Positions 1-13,189 are shown, counted from the first letter of the stretch. The stretch: 64,000 nucleotides of DNA from Rhizophagus irregularis (GCF_026210795.1 NC_089431.1:186001-250000); one strand, 5' to 3'. Notes: generated from the letters alone by a model not told the origin. Program-made: numbers and translations.

Positions 1-3000
1 AATAATTTTATACAATCTAAACAAAGTTCTGATAAAGCGAAGATAGTATTTTTGATATGTTTTGTAATTAATATGATTAAAATTATTTATATAAAAAGAA
101 ATTAAAGTATTTATTTATATGCATGGTCATAAACAATGTATCTTATTACATTTCAATATTAAAAAATTATGATAACCCATAATTTTTAAAAACCTTTGCA
201 TATTCTTAATACAAGTAACAGTCGATATTTCGAAAGTTATATACTATCCAAAATATCAAAAAAAAAGAAAAGAAAAGAAAAGAAAAAGAAAGACAATCCA
301 GAAAATTTATGAGTACTTTAACGTTGATATTTTAAAAGCTTAATTACTTAATCAGAAGATAGACTATAAAAAACTGGTAATCTAAGCCTAGAAGATTTTT
401 AAGAATAACTTTAAAACTGAACAAAATCGATAGGAAGTTCCATTTTTATTTTTTTAGATAATAAATCTTTCTGTAACAGAGCGATCCTATGATATATATG
501 ATCACAATCATACATTATCTTATATTTCCAATGATGATAAGCGTTCAATAAGAGTTTAAAATTAATTAGTTCAAAAAAAGTTGGAACTAAAGAATTTAAA
601 AATTTTCATTTGTTCTAATATTAATTTTATGGCTGATTTTAAACCCACATTTGAAAAGTGACGTCACTACTCACTAATAAAAAAATTTACTGACTATCTT
701 TCGGATTTTTCGGATTCCTAAAAAATTTTGAACAACCTTCTAACTTTTCCTAAAAAAGTTATTTACAATGAATCACATGATATTCTACAGGTTATATAAG
801 TGAGATCATCATTTTTCTCACATTTTGATTTCTTGTAATAAATTGACGATAAACCCATCCTCGCGAAACTTGAAGAATATACTTTATTTGTATTTTTATT
901 ATCATCGTTTGCGAAATAACAATTACTTTTCATTCGAATCATTTCACCACTTTTGCTTTGTATTAAGCATAATAAAGGTATCAGGTAACTTTTAATTTTT
1001 ATTTATTTTTTTTAACCCTAAATTTTCTTTTTTTTTCTGAATTTCGTTTATTAACTACTAACGCTAATATATAAAAAATAAATTATTCCCCTAATATTAT
1101 TGTTTTTTTTAACATAGTCCGGATATTCAAAACTTTACGATATCAAAAAAAAGAAACGAAAAAATTTAACGAATATTATATTAATATCATCGTTAGTTAA
1201 TACTACTTAGAGGATGTAAAGATTACATTGGATATTGATACGCTATACTGTACTGTACATATTTATAACAGCGATAGGATTTTTATATTGTGGAAATTAT
1301 AATTGAAATGATCTTTCCGGTTATCTTCAACAATAAGAAAGTGGTTATTTAAGAGCAAAACTTCAAGAAGTCATCCAATCATATTTACTAATTTGTGTAA
1401 ATGAAAAAAAAGTGACTTGTAAGGTGCAGTAATTGATCATTTTTCTTAATTTTTGTACTTCAATATCTCCACCAAATAAATGAAGATTGCGTTTTTAAAC
1501 CCGGTCAAATATAGGTTCCTCAGAGGCCATACGCTGAAAATATAGCCTGGCCTCTTTCCGGGACTATTCAGCTCACACCATTGTCTCCCATTGTTAAAGA
1601 ATTGGTGGTACGTTACTATAGCCCCATGAGAGCTTGTCGTCATCCTGTGATTTATATATTAGACGTATTTTTTGACGCGTATCCAAGTTATACTATGGCT
1701 GAAATCATTTTTTTTTTTTTGATCGATCGATTAGTCAGGATTAGCGTTAATATATACTATAAGTAAGTCATATTAAAAAATGAGAAAAAAAATTTTTTTC
1801 TGTTTTTAATCTTTCTTAATCTCTTCTTTCTTTTTTTTCTTATTAGCTTATACAACTCCAATAAAATAATCAAAGAATGAACATACAAATAAAAGTAATA
1901 ATAAAAGTCCACAAAATAGATATATAGTAGATATAATAGATTTTTTATTATTGATATCGCCAATATCAACATTATTTCCATTCGCATGGATAACAGGACA
2001 TTATGTAGATATCAATGATTTAGATAAAGCGAATTCAATTCAGAATACATAATTTAATTTGGGTAATATGGGTGATTAATAATTTTGATTTATAATTAGT
2101 ATAAATTATTTTTATTATAATATGGAATCACATTAGTAAAGCATTAAAACTTAAAGAAACTGTTCGTAATACTTCTGATATGCAACGGAATATTTCAACT
2201 TTAAAGACGTGCCGCAATTTATGTAAGTGAATACACGTTAATTTTAAGTAATATCGTACTAAAAAGAAAATTTTTTTATTTTTATTTTTTAACGGAAATA
2301 CAAAATTTCATTACTTCTTTCTTCCTGGTTGTGTTTGGCAATTTCCTCATTAGTAATAATTATGGCAGTATTTTTAATAATGTCATTCATTAATAGGTAT
2401 TTCACGTATCACGTACATTATTTAATTATAATATGACGTAATCGTATGGATTTTACAATACCAATATTACAAAATTTGATTCAATTTTGCAAGCAAGTTA
2501 CTTATCATGCTATTATATTAACTTACTTATATCAACAATAATAACAATTGATAATCATTATTTTATTTTAGAGCAATAAAATCGAAAACAAAACACTTAA
2601 ACACATCAATGACGAGTAGATTTACACTAGTGAATGCATCAAGAAAAGACGATAAAAGAAGAATGGATATGATGATGAATCTTTGATGGGAGGAGGTGGT
2701 GGTGGCACGTTAACAACTACTTCTATATTGACGTTATTCTTTGTTTCTTCAACTCCACCTGTAACAAACACAATGGCAGCAACAAATACCAATAATATTG
2801 AGGAACGAATACTAGTATTAATGGTAATGATTCTTCAAGTAATTTAGGTGTAAGAAGAATTTCAGGTCATATTAAACATCAAAAATCATTTGAAAGTTCA
2901 ATGGGATTAATTGCTGAAGAAAATTCTGATGGATCACATCGAACAATTATGACAAAAAGAAATCATAGTAGTGTGAGTGTAAGTAGAGAAGCATTTGATG

Positions 3001-3135
3001 CAACTTCTACTACAATAGTAACTACCTCAACCACACATACTCTAGTACTACAGTATCAACTACTACTACTGTAATGAGTCCTATAGCAGCAGCAGCCGCT
3101 AAAGCTTCTTGGAATAAACCTGATATTAATTGATC
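1..3135 (+). repeat. Segmental-duplication copy A (paralogous to ~55640-58915 and ~63368-63800)
   Basis: Collinear similarity by eye: 1-445 vs 63368-63797 (aaagttctgataaagcgaagatagtatttt; tttaagaataacttt). ~770-3135 vs ~55640-58915 (aatcacatgat; tagataaagcgaattcaa; catcaatgacgagtagattt; ttcttcaactccacc; tggaataaacctgatattaa). Confidence 0.8.
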
Positions 3136-3257
3136 ATTTGAGTGCTGATGAAAGAAAAAGATTATCGGATTCAATGGAAAAACGTGAATGGTTATTTAAA
3201 CGTCCCGTATCACCTCTTCTTAGAATAAAAACTTTATCAAAATTACCCAATTTATAA
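2600..3257 (+). pseudogene. Decayed Ser/Thr-rich gene fragment, product unknown
   Basis: Coding-like stretches in shifting frames (RRISGHIKHQKSFESSMGLIAEENSDGS; ADERKRLSDSMEKREWLFKRPVSPLLRIKTLSKLPNL*), higher GC than flanks, second decayed copy at ~58010-58915. Confidence 0.45.
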
Positions 3258-4348
3258 AAAAAAAATATATTTCTAGATAAAAAACAATTATTTATTTTAA
3301 TTTATATTAATGTACTTATATATATTTATATTATATTATTCTTTTTTTTATTATCTTTTTTTCTTTACTTTTATGGGTGGGAGTTTTGTTTTATCTTCAC
3401 GTTATTATTTTTTCTTTTTTTTGTATTATATATTTTTCGTTGGGTTTGGATTTCTTCGGTTATATACGGTATATGTGTATATACAGTAAATATACATGTA
3501 TTTTATGTTTAATATTGAATCTTTTAATTAAAAAAGAACTTTTTTTTAGATATCATGCAATCCACGATATTTGAAAATAGAAAAAAAATTTTTAAATTCT
3601 CTTAGAGAATATATGTTATCAAATATTAATTTTTCTAAAAATAAAATCACCTCTTTAATTTATGAATGTAATGTTTTGATATTTTTTATAATATTAATTT
3701 ACCAAGAATATATTCATTGAGATTCTATAGAACCTTGTATCAAGTAAAGCATATAATATATAAAATAAATTAATTAATTAAGTCATAAAAATTTAACTTA
3801 GACGCCATAAAATTTTTACTATATTCACGAGCACTTATTATGGAATATTAATTTGGATAATAAATTTAGAATTTGTCATGTAGCAACTCCTGAACTTACG
3901 CTTGTTTGAAAAAAGTAGGTGCATCCTTATGAAAATATAGCTAATGAGTTAGTTACACGGCATTTTCTATGATTCTTCTAGAACATCAGTTCAATCAGAC
4001 CCGGAACTTCCAAGTATTTTCAATTACGAGCATATGTTACTCATGTGATCATTTTGACTGTTTCAAGTGAAATATCTTTGGCTTTTTGCATTTTCAATAC
4101 AGAATTTAAGCAATATTGTGTTTGAATTAATTCTACAATAATTAAATACTATTTATAAGGTACATCAAATTTATAAGCTCTATCTAGAAGTCTGGAAATT
4201 AAGTGTAACAAAATAACGAGTAACGTATCAAAATTAGGTTTATTAAATATAGCCATTACGAGTTGATCTTATTCAAATTGATTGAACTTTTTGTGTGATG
4301 ATCAGTATCTTTATAAATTGCTATATTAAGTTTAATATTATTTCTCTG

Positions 4349-4637
4349 TAGTGTTTGGAATCGAATATATTTGAATATACTCGAGTATTCATTTAAATTT
4401 ATAAAGTGTATTTGAATAATATTCGAATAAGTTAAATTTCCTTTTATAATAATGATTTACATAATTTTTAGCCTGAATTATGATTTTAACTCAGTTAAAT
4501 TTAAGGATTTAATGCTCAATTAGAATTTTAACTATACTATATCTGGCTAAATGAATACTCGAATAACCACTATGCTTATTCGAATACTCGAATATACTCG
4601 AGTTATTCGAATAACTGTTACATGATTCCAAACACTA
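4349..4637. mobile_element. hAT-type MITE upstream of kinase 1
   Basis: 14-bp TIR TAGTGTTTGGAATC / GATTCCAAACACTA; perfect 8-bp TSD TTTCTCTG (4341-4348, 4638-4645); subterminal TCGAATA/TACTCGA motifs. Confidence 0.9.
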
Positions 4638-6581
4638 TTTCTCTGCATATTAATGTAACTGTAGTACAAATTGTGTATATTTATAATCGCGACCAACCCG
4701 TTCGTTTTAACTTTTTTTTTACGTATTATAATTCTAAAATTTAGTTTGATTAAATTACTTGCATATATAAAATTATAATTCTTATAATTCAAACTAATTA
4801 GTATGGAAAATAAGCCAAAGAATTTATGGAAACATGTTGATGGTGATGAATACCAGGTATTATAAATTCACATTTATTATTAATAATTATAGTAATATTG
4901 AATTTTTATAGTTAAAATTGTAATAATTTTTTGTACATTAAAAGCTTCATGTTATGATTTCTACTATTGATTCAACTACTGAATCAGAAGATACAGATGA
5001 AAGAATAGTTTATATGGAAGATTTAGAAAAAAGAAAACAAGTATATGGAATATGTGGAGAATGTAATGAACCTGGTACAGGAGAAAAATGGTGTCAACCT
5101 TGTAATGCTAAAAGATTTAAAGATAACTTTAAAAATTGGACTAGTGGAAATAAAGATATTGATGAGTTTATACAACAATCACAACTTAATGCTGTATATT
5201 GGAATAAATGTCTTGAATGGATACCATATGAAAAATTTCAAGATATTACTTATATTGCAGAAGGTGGTTTTGGTAAAATATATTCAGCTGAATTGCCTGA
5301 AGGATGTATTGATTCTTGGGATATTGAAAATCAAAAATGGTATAGAAAATGTAGTGATAGTGGTAAATATGCATTAAAAAGTTTAAATAATTCTTCTAAT
5401 ATAAGTTCAGATTTTTTAAATGAGGTAATTTGAATTCAGTTTATTTAAATTTAATATTCTTTACATCTATTTATTAGCAACATTTCTTTTTATCAATTAG
5501 ATTAAATCTCATCTTCAGATTCATCTTTTTGATGTTATTACATGTTATGGAATAACTCAAGATCCAAAGACTAAAGAGTGCATGATGGTTTTAAATTACT
5601 TTATTAATGGAAATTTGAGAAATTATTTGAGTAAATCTGAAAAATATATAGATTATGAATTAAAAATTAATAAATTACAGCAAATTGCAAGAGGACTTTC
5701 AGATATTCATATTGCTGGGAAAATTCATAAAGATTTTCATTCAGGGAATTTATTGCATAGTGATTCCTTTATATATATAAGTGATTTAGGAATGTGTCAA
5801 CCAGCAAATAAGCAAACAGTTACTTTACTGAAACTTGCGAAATCGGGACTGTGTAGTAGATATGTAGCCGCTATATATATTATAAAAAAGTAGTAGGCGT
5901 ATCGCTATTTTATGTTTAACGTAGGGTATCCATATGGAGCGAATATAAAAATACTGTGAATAATTTCGAGAGTCCATGTAACAAATACAATGCAAAAATG
6001 TAGTTTATTTAATGTAAATATATTGCAAAAATGTAGTTTATTTAATGTAAATATATTGTTTATTTAAAGTAATATTACAGTTTACTCAAAGTTATAATAC
6101 AGCTTCATTGTATCAACTATCTAAATCTATATTAAATCTATTTTGTATCGATATTAATCTATACTAAAAAAAAGCTAAAAAAATCTTTTTTCTAAAGTTT
6201 CGAATTCCTTTTTTTGAAACTATACTTGGGATTTTGGTTTCCAAGCTGGAGCCAACTTCTCTACAAAAAAAAGGAAATAAATTAAAAAAAACCTCTTTCT
6301 ATAAAGTTTCGAATTCCTTTTTTTTCGAAACTTACCTATCTCATGCAAGCATCTAACTAAGAGTCAATTTCACCAAGATCCGTGTCTGAGCTGCCTAAAA
6401 AAAAAGGAAAAAAAGAAATTAGCAACCGTTTTTAAAAGACGAAATAAAGATGGAATAAGACAAAAAAATAATACTCCCACCAAAGTCCCTCGTCCAAAGA
6501 ATTTAAGAACCGTCTAAAAAAAAAAGAACAGTTAGAAAATGCTTGTCAAAATAAAAATCAAGAAAAAATTGCCAAACTCAC

Positions 6582-7167
6582 CGATCACGATAAACAAAAT
6601 TTTTCTCAGTAAAACTTAATTTCTTTGATAAAAAACACGAAGTAAATCGATTACTATTCCTTTGATATCTTCAATAATTTCATTTCGAGGATCCTTATTA
6701 ACACTAAATCTTCCGTATCTAGTAGCTTTTGAATCCAATGAGACACATACAGCTGCAATACTTGGCCTATTATCACCTCTTCCAGAATGGAAAACGTCAG
6801 CACCAAATATCACTGTCGGTTCTAAAGATACAAAATCAATTTGATCATTGGTTAATATTACATTTTGTCCACCTAATTTTGCGTTCACTTTCAAAAAGAT
6901 GTTTGAACAAATTTGATCGATTCCAATTTTTCTCGCTAATCGTTTGAGTAAAATACATTGAGTTGGAACACCCAATTGCGTGTCCCCAATCCTTTTAATT
7001 TCTCCATATATTGGACCCGTTGATCCCAAAATACATATAATGATATGTAGAAGATAATTTTTGTTAAACAAAGATTTGTGACAAGCAATATTCAACGCCA
7101 TAGTAATTTTGCCTTGAGGATTTGTATACATGACGTAAGGATCATTCGGGATGTCTAAAGACTCAGT
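6582..7167 (-). pseudogene. Argonaute fragment (MID and N-terminal part of PIWI)
   Basis: YGEIKRIGDTQLGVPTQC, NIFLKVNAKLGGQN, PTVIFGADVFH, PSIAAVCVSLD, EIIEDI are eukaryotic AGO MID/PIWI motifs. After the stop at 6616 the sequence continues as RKILF-YRD with a 1-nt frameshift. Bounded by an AG acceptor (7169-7168) and a GTGAGT donor (6581). Confidence 0.93.
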
Positions 7168-7999
7168 CTTTTAAAAAAAGAAAAAATAAAAATGTTAGTA
7201 TACGTTACGTTAAAGAAATATATAGAAATATAAACATTGTCCGATTTCTCACCAAAATCCCATGCGTTTGAAGAGTGAAACGAAAACAAAACTTAAAAAA
7301 GAAAGTTTAATAGTTTAGTACCAAACCAAAGACAACAAAAAAAACCAACAAACAATAGAAAAAACCCACCTTAATTTCCATAAAAGAGACATTGAAACAT
7401 AAAAAAGGAAATACCAAAACCTAAAAAGAAAGATAACACTGAAGGGGTCACCAAAACCTAAAAAGAAGCCAAATCTACAAAAAAAAAGAAAATCAAAAGT
7501 TAATGACGAATACGAAGAAATAAAATGGCAAATCTAAAAGAGAAAAATGAACCTTTAATAGAGTTCGTTAAAATAAAGTAATTTATGAAAAAAAATTACC
7601 TACCAGAAGAATCCCAATGTTAGAAACTGTTCGTTAAAGGAAACGGTGATGGATGCTTCACTGAAGGAAGGTAGTTCAGAGCTGATATGGAAGGTGCGGA
7701 ATTACAGAGACTAATAAAGAAATGCAGAGCAATTGTTAAAAAAAAATCCCGAATGCCAGTTCCTAAAGGAAAAAAAAGGAACGTTAGTGACGTTCCTATA
7801 ACAAAAGGACCATATGGTTAACTTACCCTTTCACGAATTCAAGTCCAGGTGACGATTCCTAAAGTATTTCCGTAAAAAAATAATTTTTTTAATAATTAAA
7901 GACCGAACTTTAGTGGTCCAAAAAGAAACATTAAAGAGTTTCTTAATTAATAAACACATCCGCACACACCGCTCCTCATTTACCTCTATTTCTGATCAT

Positions 8000-9300
8000 C
8001 ACCGTTTCAAAAGAAGAGACGTTCCTAAAGAATAAGAATAAAGTGAGTAAAGAAAAAAATAAATAAAAAAAATGAAAGTAAACGAAAAATATACTAACCT
8101 CCCGTCTATCTTGCATTCTTAGAAATCCACTGAAACTGCCGTTCTGAAAGAAGAGACCGTTCCTAAAGAAATAAAAATAAGGTGAGTAAAGAAAAAAATA
8201 AATAAAAAAAAAAATGAAAGTAAACGAAAAATATACTAACCTTCCTGTCTATCTTGCATTCTTAGAAATCCACTGAAACTGCCATTCCGAAAGAAGAGAT
8301 CATTCCTAAAGAAATAAAAATAAGGTGAGTAAAGAAAAAAATAAACAAAAAAAAATGAAAATAAACGAAAAATATACTAACCTCCCATCTATCTTGCATT
8401 CTTAGAAATCCATCAAAACTGCTATTCCGAAAGAAGAGACCGTTCCTAAAGAAATAAAAATAAGGTGAGTAAAGAAAAAAATAAATAAAAAAAAATGAAA
8501 ATAAATGAAAAATATACTAACCTCCCGTCTATCTTGCATTCTTAGAAATCCACTGAAACTGCCATTCCGGAAGAAGAGATCATTCCTAAAGAAATAAAAA
8601 TAAGGTGAGTAAAGAAAAAAATAAATAAAAAAAAAATGAAAGTAAACGAAAAATATACTAACCTCCCATCTATCTTGCATTCTTAGAAATCCATCAAAAC
8701 TGCTATTTCGAAAGAAGAGACCGTTCCTAAAGAAATAAAAATAAGGTGAGTAAAGAAAAAAATAAATAAAAAAAAATGAAAATAAATGAAAAATATACTA
8801 ACCTCCCGTCTATCTTGCATTCTTAGAAATCCACTGAAACTGCCATTCCGGAAGAAGAGACCGTTCCTAAAGAAATAAAAATAAGGTGAGTAAAGAAAAA
8901 AATAAATAAATAAAAAATGAAAATAAACGAAAAATATACTAACCTTCCGTCTATCTTGCATTCTTAGAAATCCACTGAAACTGCCATTCCGAAAGAAGAG
9001 ACCGTTCCTAAAGAAATAAGAATAAAGTAAATAAAAAAAAGAAAAAATGAAAATCATAAAATAAAAAAAAAGAAAAAATATATATATATAACGAAAAAAT
9101 ATACTAACCTTCCCGTATCTCTTATATTCGTTCCAAAAGAGACAATTCCTAAAGAAATAAATAAAGTAAGCAAAAAAAAATGAAAAAAAAATGAAAAGAA
9201 AAAATGAAATATACTAACCTTCCAGCTTCCGCACCTCTTGCATTCTTAGAAGTCCAAATCACCGTTCTGAAAGAACCCGTTCGGTCTGTTCTTGAAGAAA
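8000..9300 (-). repeat. ~141-bp tandem repeat (about 7 copies plus degenerate ones); each unit is one ~64-nt exon-like block plus one GTTAGT...TTTAG intron-like block on the - strand
   Basis: Unit recurs at ~8097, 8239, 8380, 8520, 8661, 8801, 8942; reverse complement reads GGAG|GTTAGTATATTTTT...TTTCTTTAG|GAACGGTCTC. Confidence 0.85.
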
Positions 9301-9765
9301 CTAAAGAAAAAAAAATTAATTAAAAAAAAGATCAGATAATCAAATCTGATCATCCAATCATTTTTTTTCAAGGAAAAAATTTATTGAAGACCGAATGTTA
9401 AAGATAATGTGATCATCATGTGATTAGCCGCAATTACGTCAGGGTAATTTAATTAGATATTTTCAAAACTTGCAACCGTGAGAAGTATAAAAAAGTTTAT
9501 TTATTAAAATATATATATAGAAGCTTATTTATTAACATATATGGGTTTTATATATTAAAGTTTTAAATTTAAATTATTCGCCTAAATAAACTTAAACATA
9601 TAGACTTTTTCTTATATTAAGTTTAAAAATAAACTTTTATAAACTTTTGTTTCTTGATAATAAAATTAGTAATAAAAAAATAATTTTTTTAAATTTCGTA
9701 ACTAGTACAGTACTTCCAATTTTATAAAAAAAAACATTTTTAAATTATTATTTATTTTTTTTAAA

Positions 9766-10460
9766 ATGACAAGAGTACGAAAAGAACAAAAAACTACCAT
9801 GCAAAATGAAGCAGAAGTCACAAGTAAATATTTTTTATATAAAATTGCAATATAATATGATTATAATTTTTTATTTAGTACTTTTTAATTTAATTAGAAG
9901 GTCGTGAAAAAAATGGCGGTAGACGTGGACGAGGTCGTGGTCGTGGTCGTGATCATAGTAGTGATATACATCAACCAATTGAATCTTCTGTAAGTTCAAC
10001 CCAAGTGCTAAAGACTACTGTGGGTAATGTCTTCAGAGTTCAGACTTTTTTTTAAAAAAAATTAGTGATAATTTCTATTTTAGCAATTTTTTCTCAATTT
10101 CTGATTTGCATTTACTTTAATTGGTGATCGTATCCGGGGTAATAAAAAACAAGTGATTAAATGTGATACTCCGATTCAAGAATATGAAGCTGAAGCCGGT
10201 AATTAATTTTGAAATTTACCATTATTTTATTTTTGTAAATTTCAAATATTGATTTAATGGATCTAAACCAGACCTTAATGTCATTTCTATTTCTGATGAT
10301 GAATTAGGACCAGCATTTGATGATACACTCAATGATTTTAGCATTTCTGGGCCTTTCAAATTAGATTATAGTACAATTATGGATAATTCTGAAAAGATTT
10401 GTGATGATGATCATGAAATAGAAACAGAACGTGACATACGCCCATTTTATATATATTCTT
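9766..10460 (+). pseudogene. Degenerate multi-exon gene fragment with RG repeats and acidic tract, inside the TIR element
   Basis: ATG at 9766, GTAAAT donor at 9824, TTAG acceptor ~9897, then GGRRGRGRGRGRD; further short exon-like blocks (ISISDDELGPAFDD). Confidence 0.35.
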
Positions 10461-13189
10461 TAACCATGTACATTCTTAAAATTTGAAACAATTGTATTTT
10501 ATTCTTGAATGGGTTCCCACCTTGTTATGGTTGTGTCACCAGGGGCGCTATGTCAACGGAAACTTAGTACGTTGATCGCTTAAAAATCCGCGGCAATCCA
10601 ATCATAACAAGAGGAATTAATTTTTATATAAGATATTGTACTATTTGTGTATGTTATAATTAAATTACAATATTTTACAATTATACAATTAATAATTTAT
10701 TATTGATAAAAAAAATTATGTAATCTATTAAAATTTTAATTATTAATAATAAAATGCGTTACTTAATTTTTTTTTTTTTAAAAAAAAATAACTATTGTAC
10801 GATATCCAATAACGAGCATCTTATTATGGTTTGTATACAACTTATCGCTTCTATATAACAGATATGAAGTGAAATGACAGAATCTATAATTACATGTTTT
10901 TTAAAAATAAAAATAATTGTATTTTCAAAAATTAAAAACGTATTTTTCACAATTAAAAAACAAATAAAGTTTCATATTACCTCCATGTAGAAAATATAAA
11001 GTAGTGAGGTAGAAACTGGACAGTCTAGACGAAAAAAATGCCACTAGCGATCGACCATATAATCACGTGATAGTCACATGCTAGAAGCGTTAAAGTTGCT
11101 AAATCAGAGGTTTCAGCAAAGTAAGGAAGAAGGAATTTATGGAGTATTACCATATATGGCACCAGAAGTTTTACGTGGACATCAATATACAAAAGCAGCA
11201 GATATTTACTCATTTGGAATAATAATGAATGAGTTGCTTTCTGAAGAAATTCCTTATGGTGATATTTCTCATGATGAATTTTTAGCTGTTAAAATTTGTA
11301 AAGGACAGAGACCAAAAATTTTTGAAGATGTACCAAAATTACTTGCAGACTTGATTATAAGATGTTGGGATGCTGAAATAGAAAATAGACCAACTGCCAA
11401 AGAATTGTATCAGATATTAAAAAAATGGATGGATGAAACTTGTGATAGTGATGATAGTGATGATAGTGATGATGATGGTGGTGAAGATGGTGAAGATAAT
11501 GAAAATAATGAAGACAGTAAAAGTGATGAAAATAGTCAATATAGTGAAATTTGCTCTCAAATAAAAGTATGTAATGAAATTGGAAGAAAAAAATTTAAAA
11601 GTAGATCAAGCAAAGATAAACCCAAAAATATTCAAACACATTCACAAGCAATTTATACTAGTAGACTTTTAAATTTTAAAAATCTTCCAAAACCAGTAAA
11701 TTCTTCAGATTTATCATCATTTCAATTTAATTCAGGTAATTTAACATTTTTTTTGTTATGAAAACCATTTACATTATTAATTTTATTATTTTTTTTCCAA
11801 TAGATGCTAAGTATGCTATTCAATCAACATTGGCGAATCCAAGCAAGTATTTCTTTTAATTATCGTTACTATGATTATTTATAATTTCTAACGGTCAAAT
11901 ATTATTTTATTTACAGTTTCAGAATGTTTAGATGTTCAATTAAGCGAATTAGGTAAGTTGTTATTTATTTATAGCTTTATTAATATTTCCTATCTGATTT
12001 ATTTATTTATTTATTTTTATAGAACTGAATGAAATTTGTCAAGATGGTGAAAATAATATTGAAAGTTGAAGTCAATGGTTTAGTAATTGAAGAGCGCGTT
12101 CAGTTGGACGGTTGAAGTTAACTTTACTTTTATTTCTATTTTTATATTTTATACCCTGGTTTACTTTGTTTACATATGCAGTACATACATATTGATTGTA
12201 TTTATTTAGAAATTCCGTTTTTATTTAAAATAAACAACTTAAATTCTTTATATTTCAGTTATTTGATTTATTGCTTATTTATACAATATTACTACCTTCC
12301 TTTTCAAGTCTTTTATTAGTCACGCACATTACTCTTTGTTAAGAATCAATTAAACGTCGACTCAAAATTGATCGTTACTATCAATTTTTTTACAAAGAAA
12401 AAAAAATTTTTTTGATGCAAATGAATTATCAGAAAATGTTAATCTGAGCATTAGAAAATGTATGATGCTCAAAGAGGGAGGGAGTACGCAGATCCTAGTC
12501 CAGCCCCAGAATCATGTTATTTCTTTGTTCTCTCAGGCTTTTTACAAATTTCTATACTAATTGTTTTTTCTTGCTAACTACAAGATTCCATTTTCTACAA
12601 ATACGAAATAAACTATGTTTACAAAATCTCCACCAATATAAATCACTCCTACCCACACAGATTATACAGAAATTTTCGATCTTAGCTAATTTCCGCAAAA
12701 GAAGTTTCCCGAGATTGAATAATTTCGAATCTACGGCATAAATCGAAAGATTGGCAACTGATATAAAAAAAGTAATGTAATGTTACTGATTCACATTTAC
12801 CGTTACGTCTCATTTTCAGAATATTCAACCTGCCTTGATGTTTAAGAAATTCGACGCATAATTTTTTTATTACCAGTATGATACTGCGCAAACATTAAGA
12901 ATTCGGTGCTTATATTTTTTGATGTACTGCGTACTGTGCCGCTGCATGTGATGAATAATTTCACTGCGCCTATCATTATACCTATTATATACGTGATCAT
13001 TGTCTCACTCGTGTTGTAATCTACAAGATTAGTAAGATTAGTTATCTTCATTAACGGATTTTAAATTATGATGATTTGATTTCTCAAAATTCTTATTAAT
13101 CACAAAAAGTTTTTTAATTTCCAATATTATGCAGAGATGATTCACCCAATCTCTATTGTGATTTACAATTATGATCCGAGCAATTATAG

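Larger units (their letters stand above)
5823..11121. mobile_element. Non-autonomous TIR DNA element with TA target duplication carrying captured gene fragments (Pack-type)
   Basis: TIR CTTTACTGAAAC (5823-5834) / GTTTCAGCAAAG (11110-11121), one mismatch; TA at 5821-5822 and 11122-11123; precise interruption of a kinase exon; no intact transposase seen. Confidence 0.88.
4803..12069 (+). pseudogene. Multi-exon TKL-like protein kinase (Glomeromycotina expanded family), disrupted by a 5.3-kb TIR insertion
   Basis: Exons ~4803-4856, ~4945-5424, 5501-5822 + 11124-11735, then small 3' exons to TGA at 12069. Motifs CGEC/CQPC N-terminus, GGFGKIY, YALK, HKDFHSGN, SDLG, GVLPYMAPE, DIYSFG. Removing 5823-11121 and one TA restores in-frame CQPANKQTVKEEGIYGVLPY. 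Confidence 0.92.

Noticed and set aside
5582..5893. Stand-alone ORFs 5582-5893, 39939-40436, 43373-43759 and 36527-37090 as listed
   Set aside because: Each is chimeric across a TE junction; their termini come from TIR or LTR sequence.
6616..7131. Functional Argonaute gene
   Set aside because: No N, PAZ or PIWI C-terminal exons nearby; stop and frameshift before the YRD motif.
8402..9057. ORFs 8402-8680 and 8683-9057 as membrane proteins
   Set aside because: Phe-rich translations of the 141-bp tandem repeat read through intron-like T-tracts.
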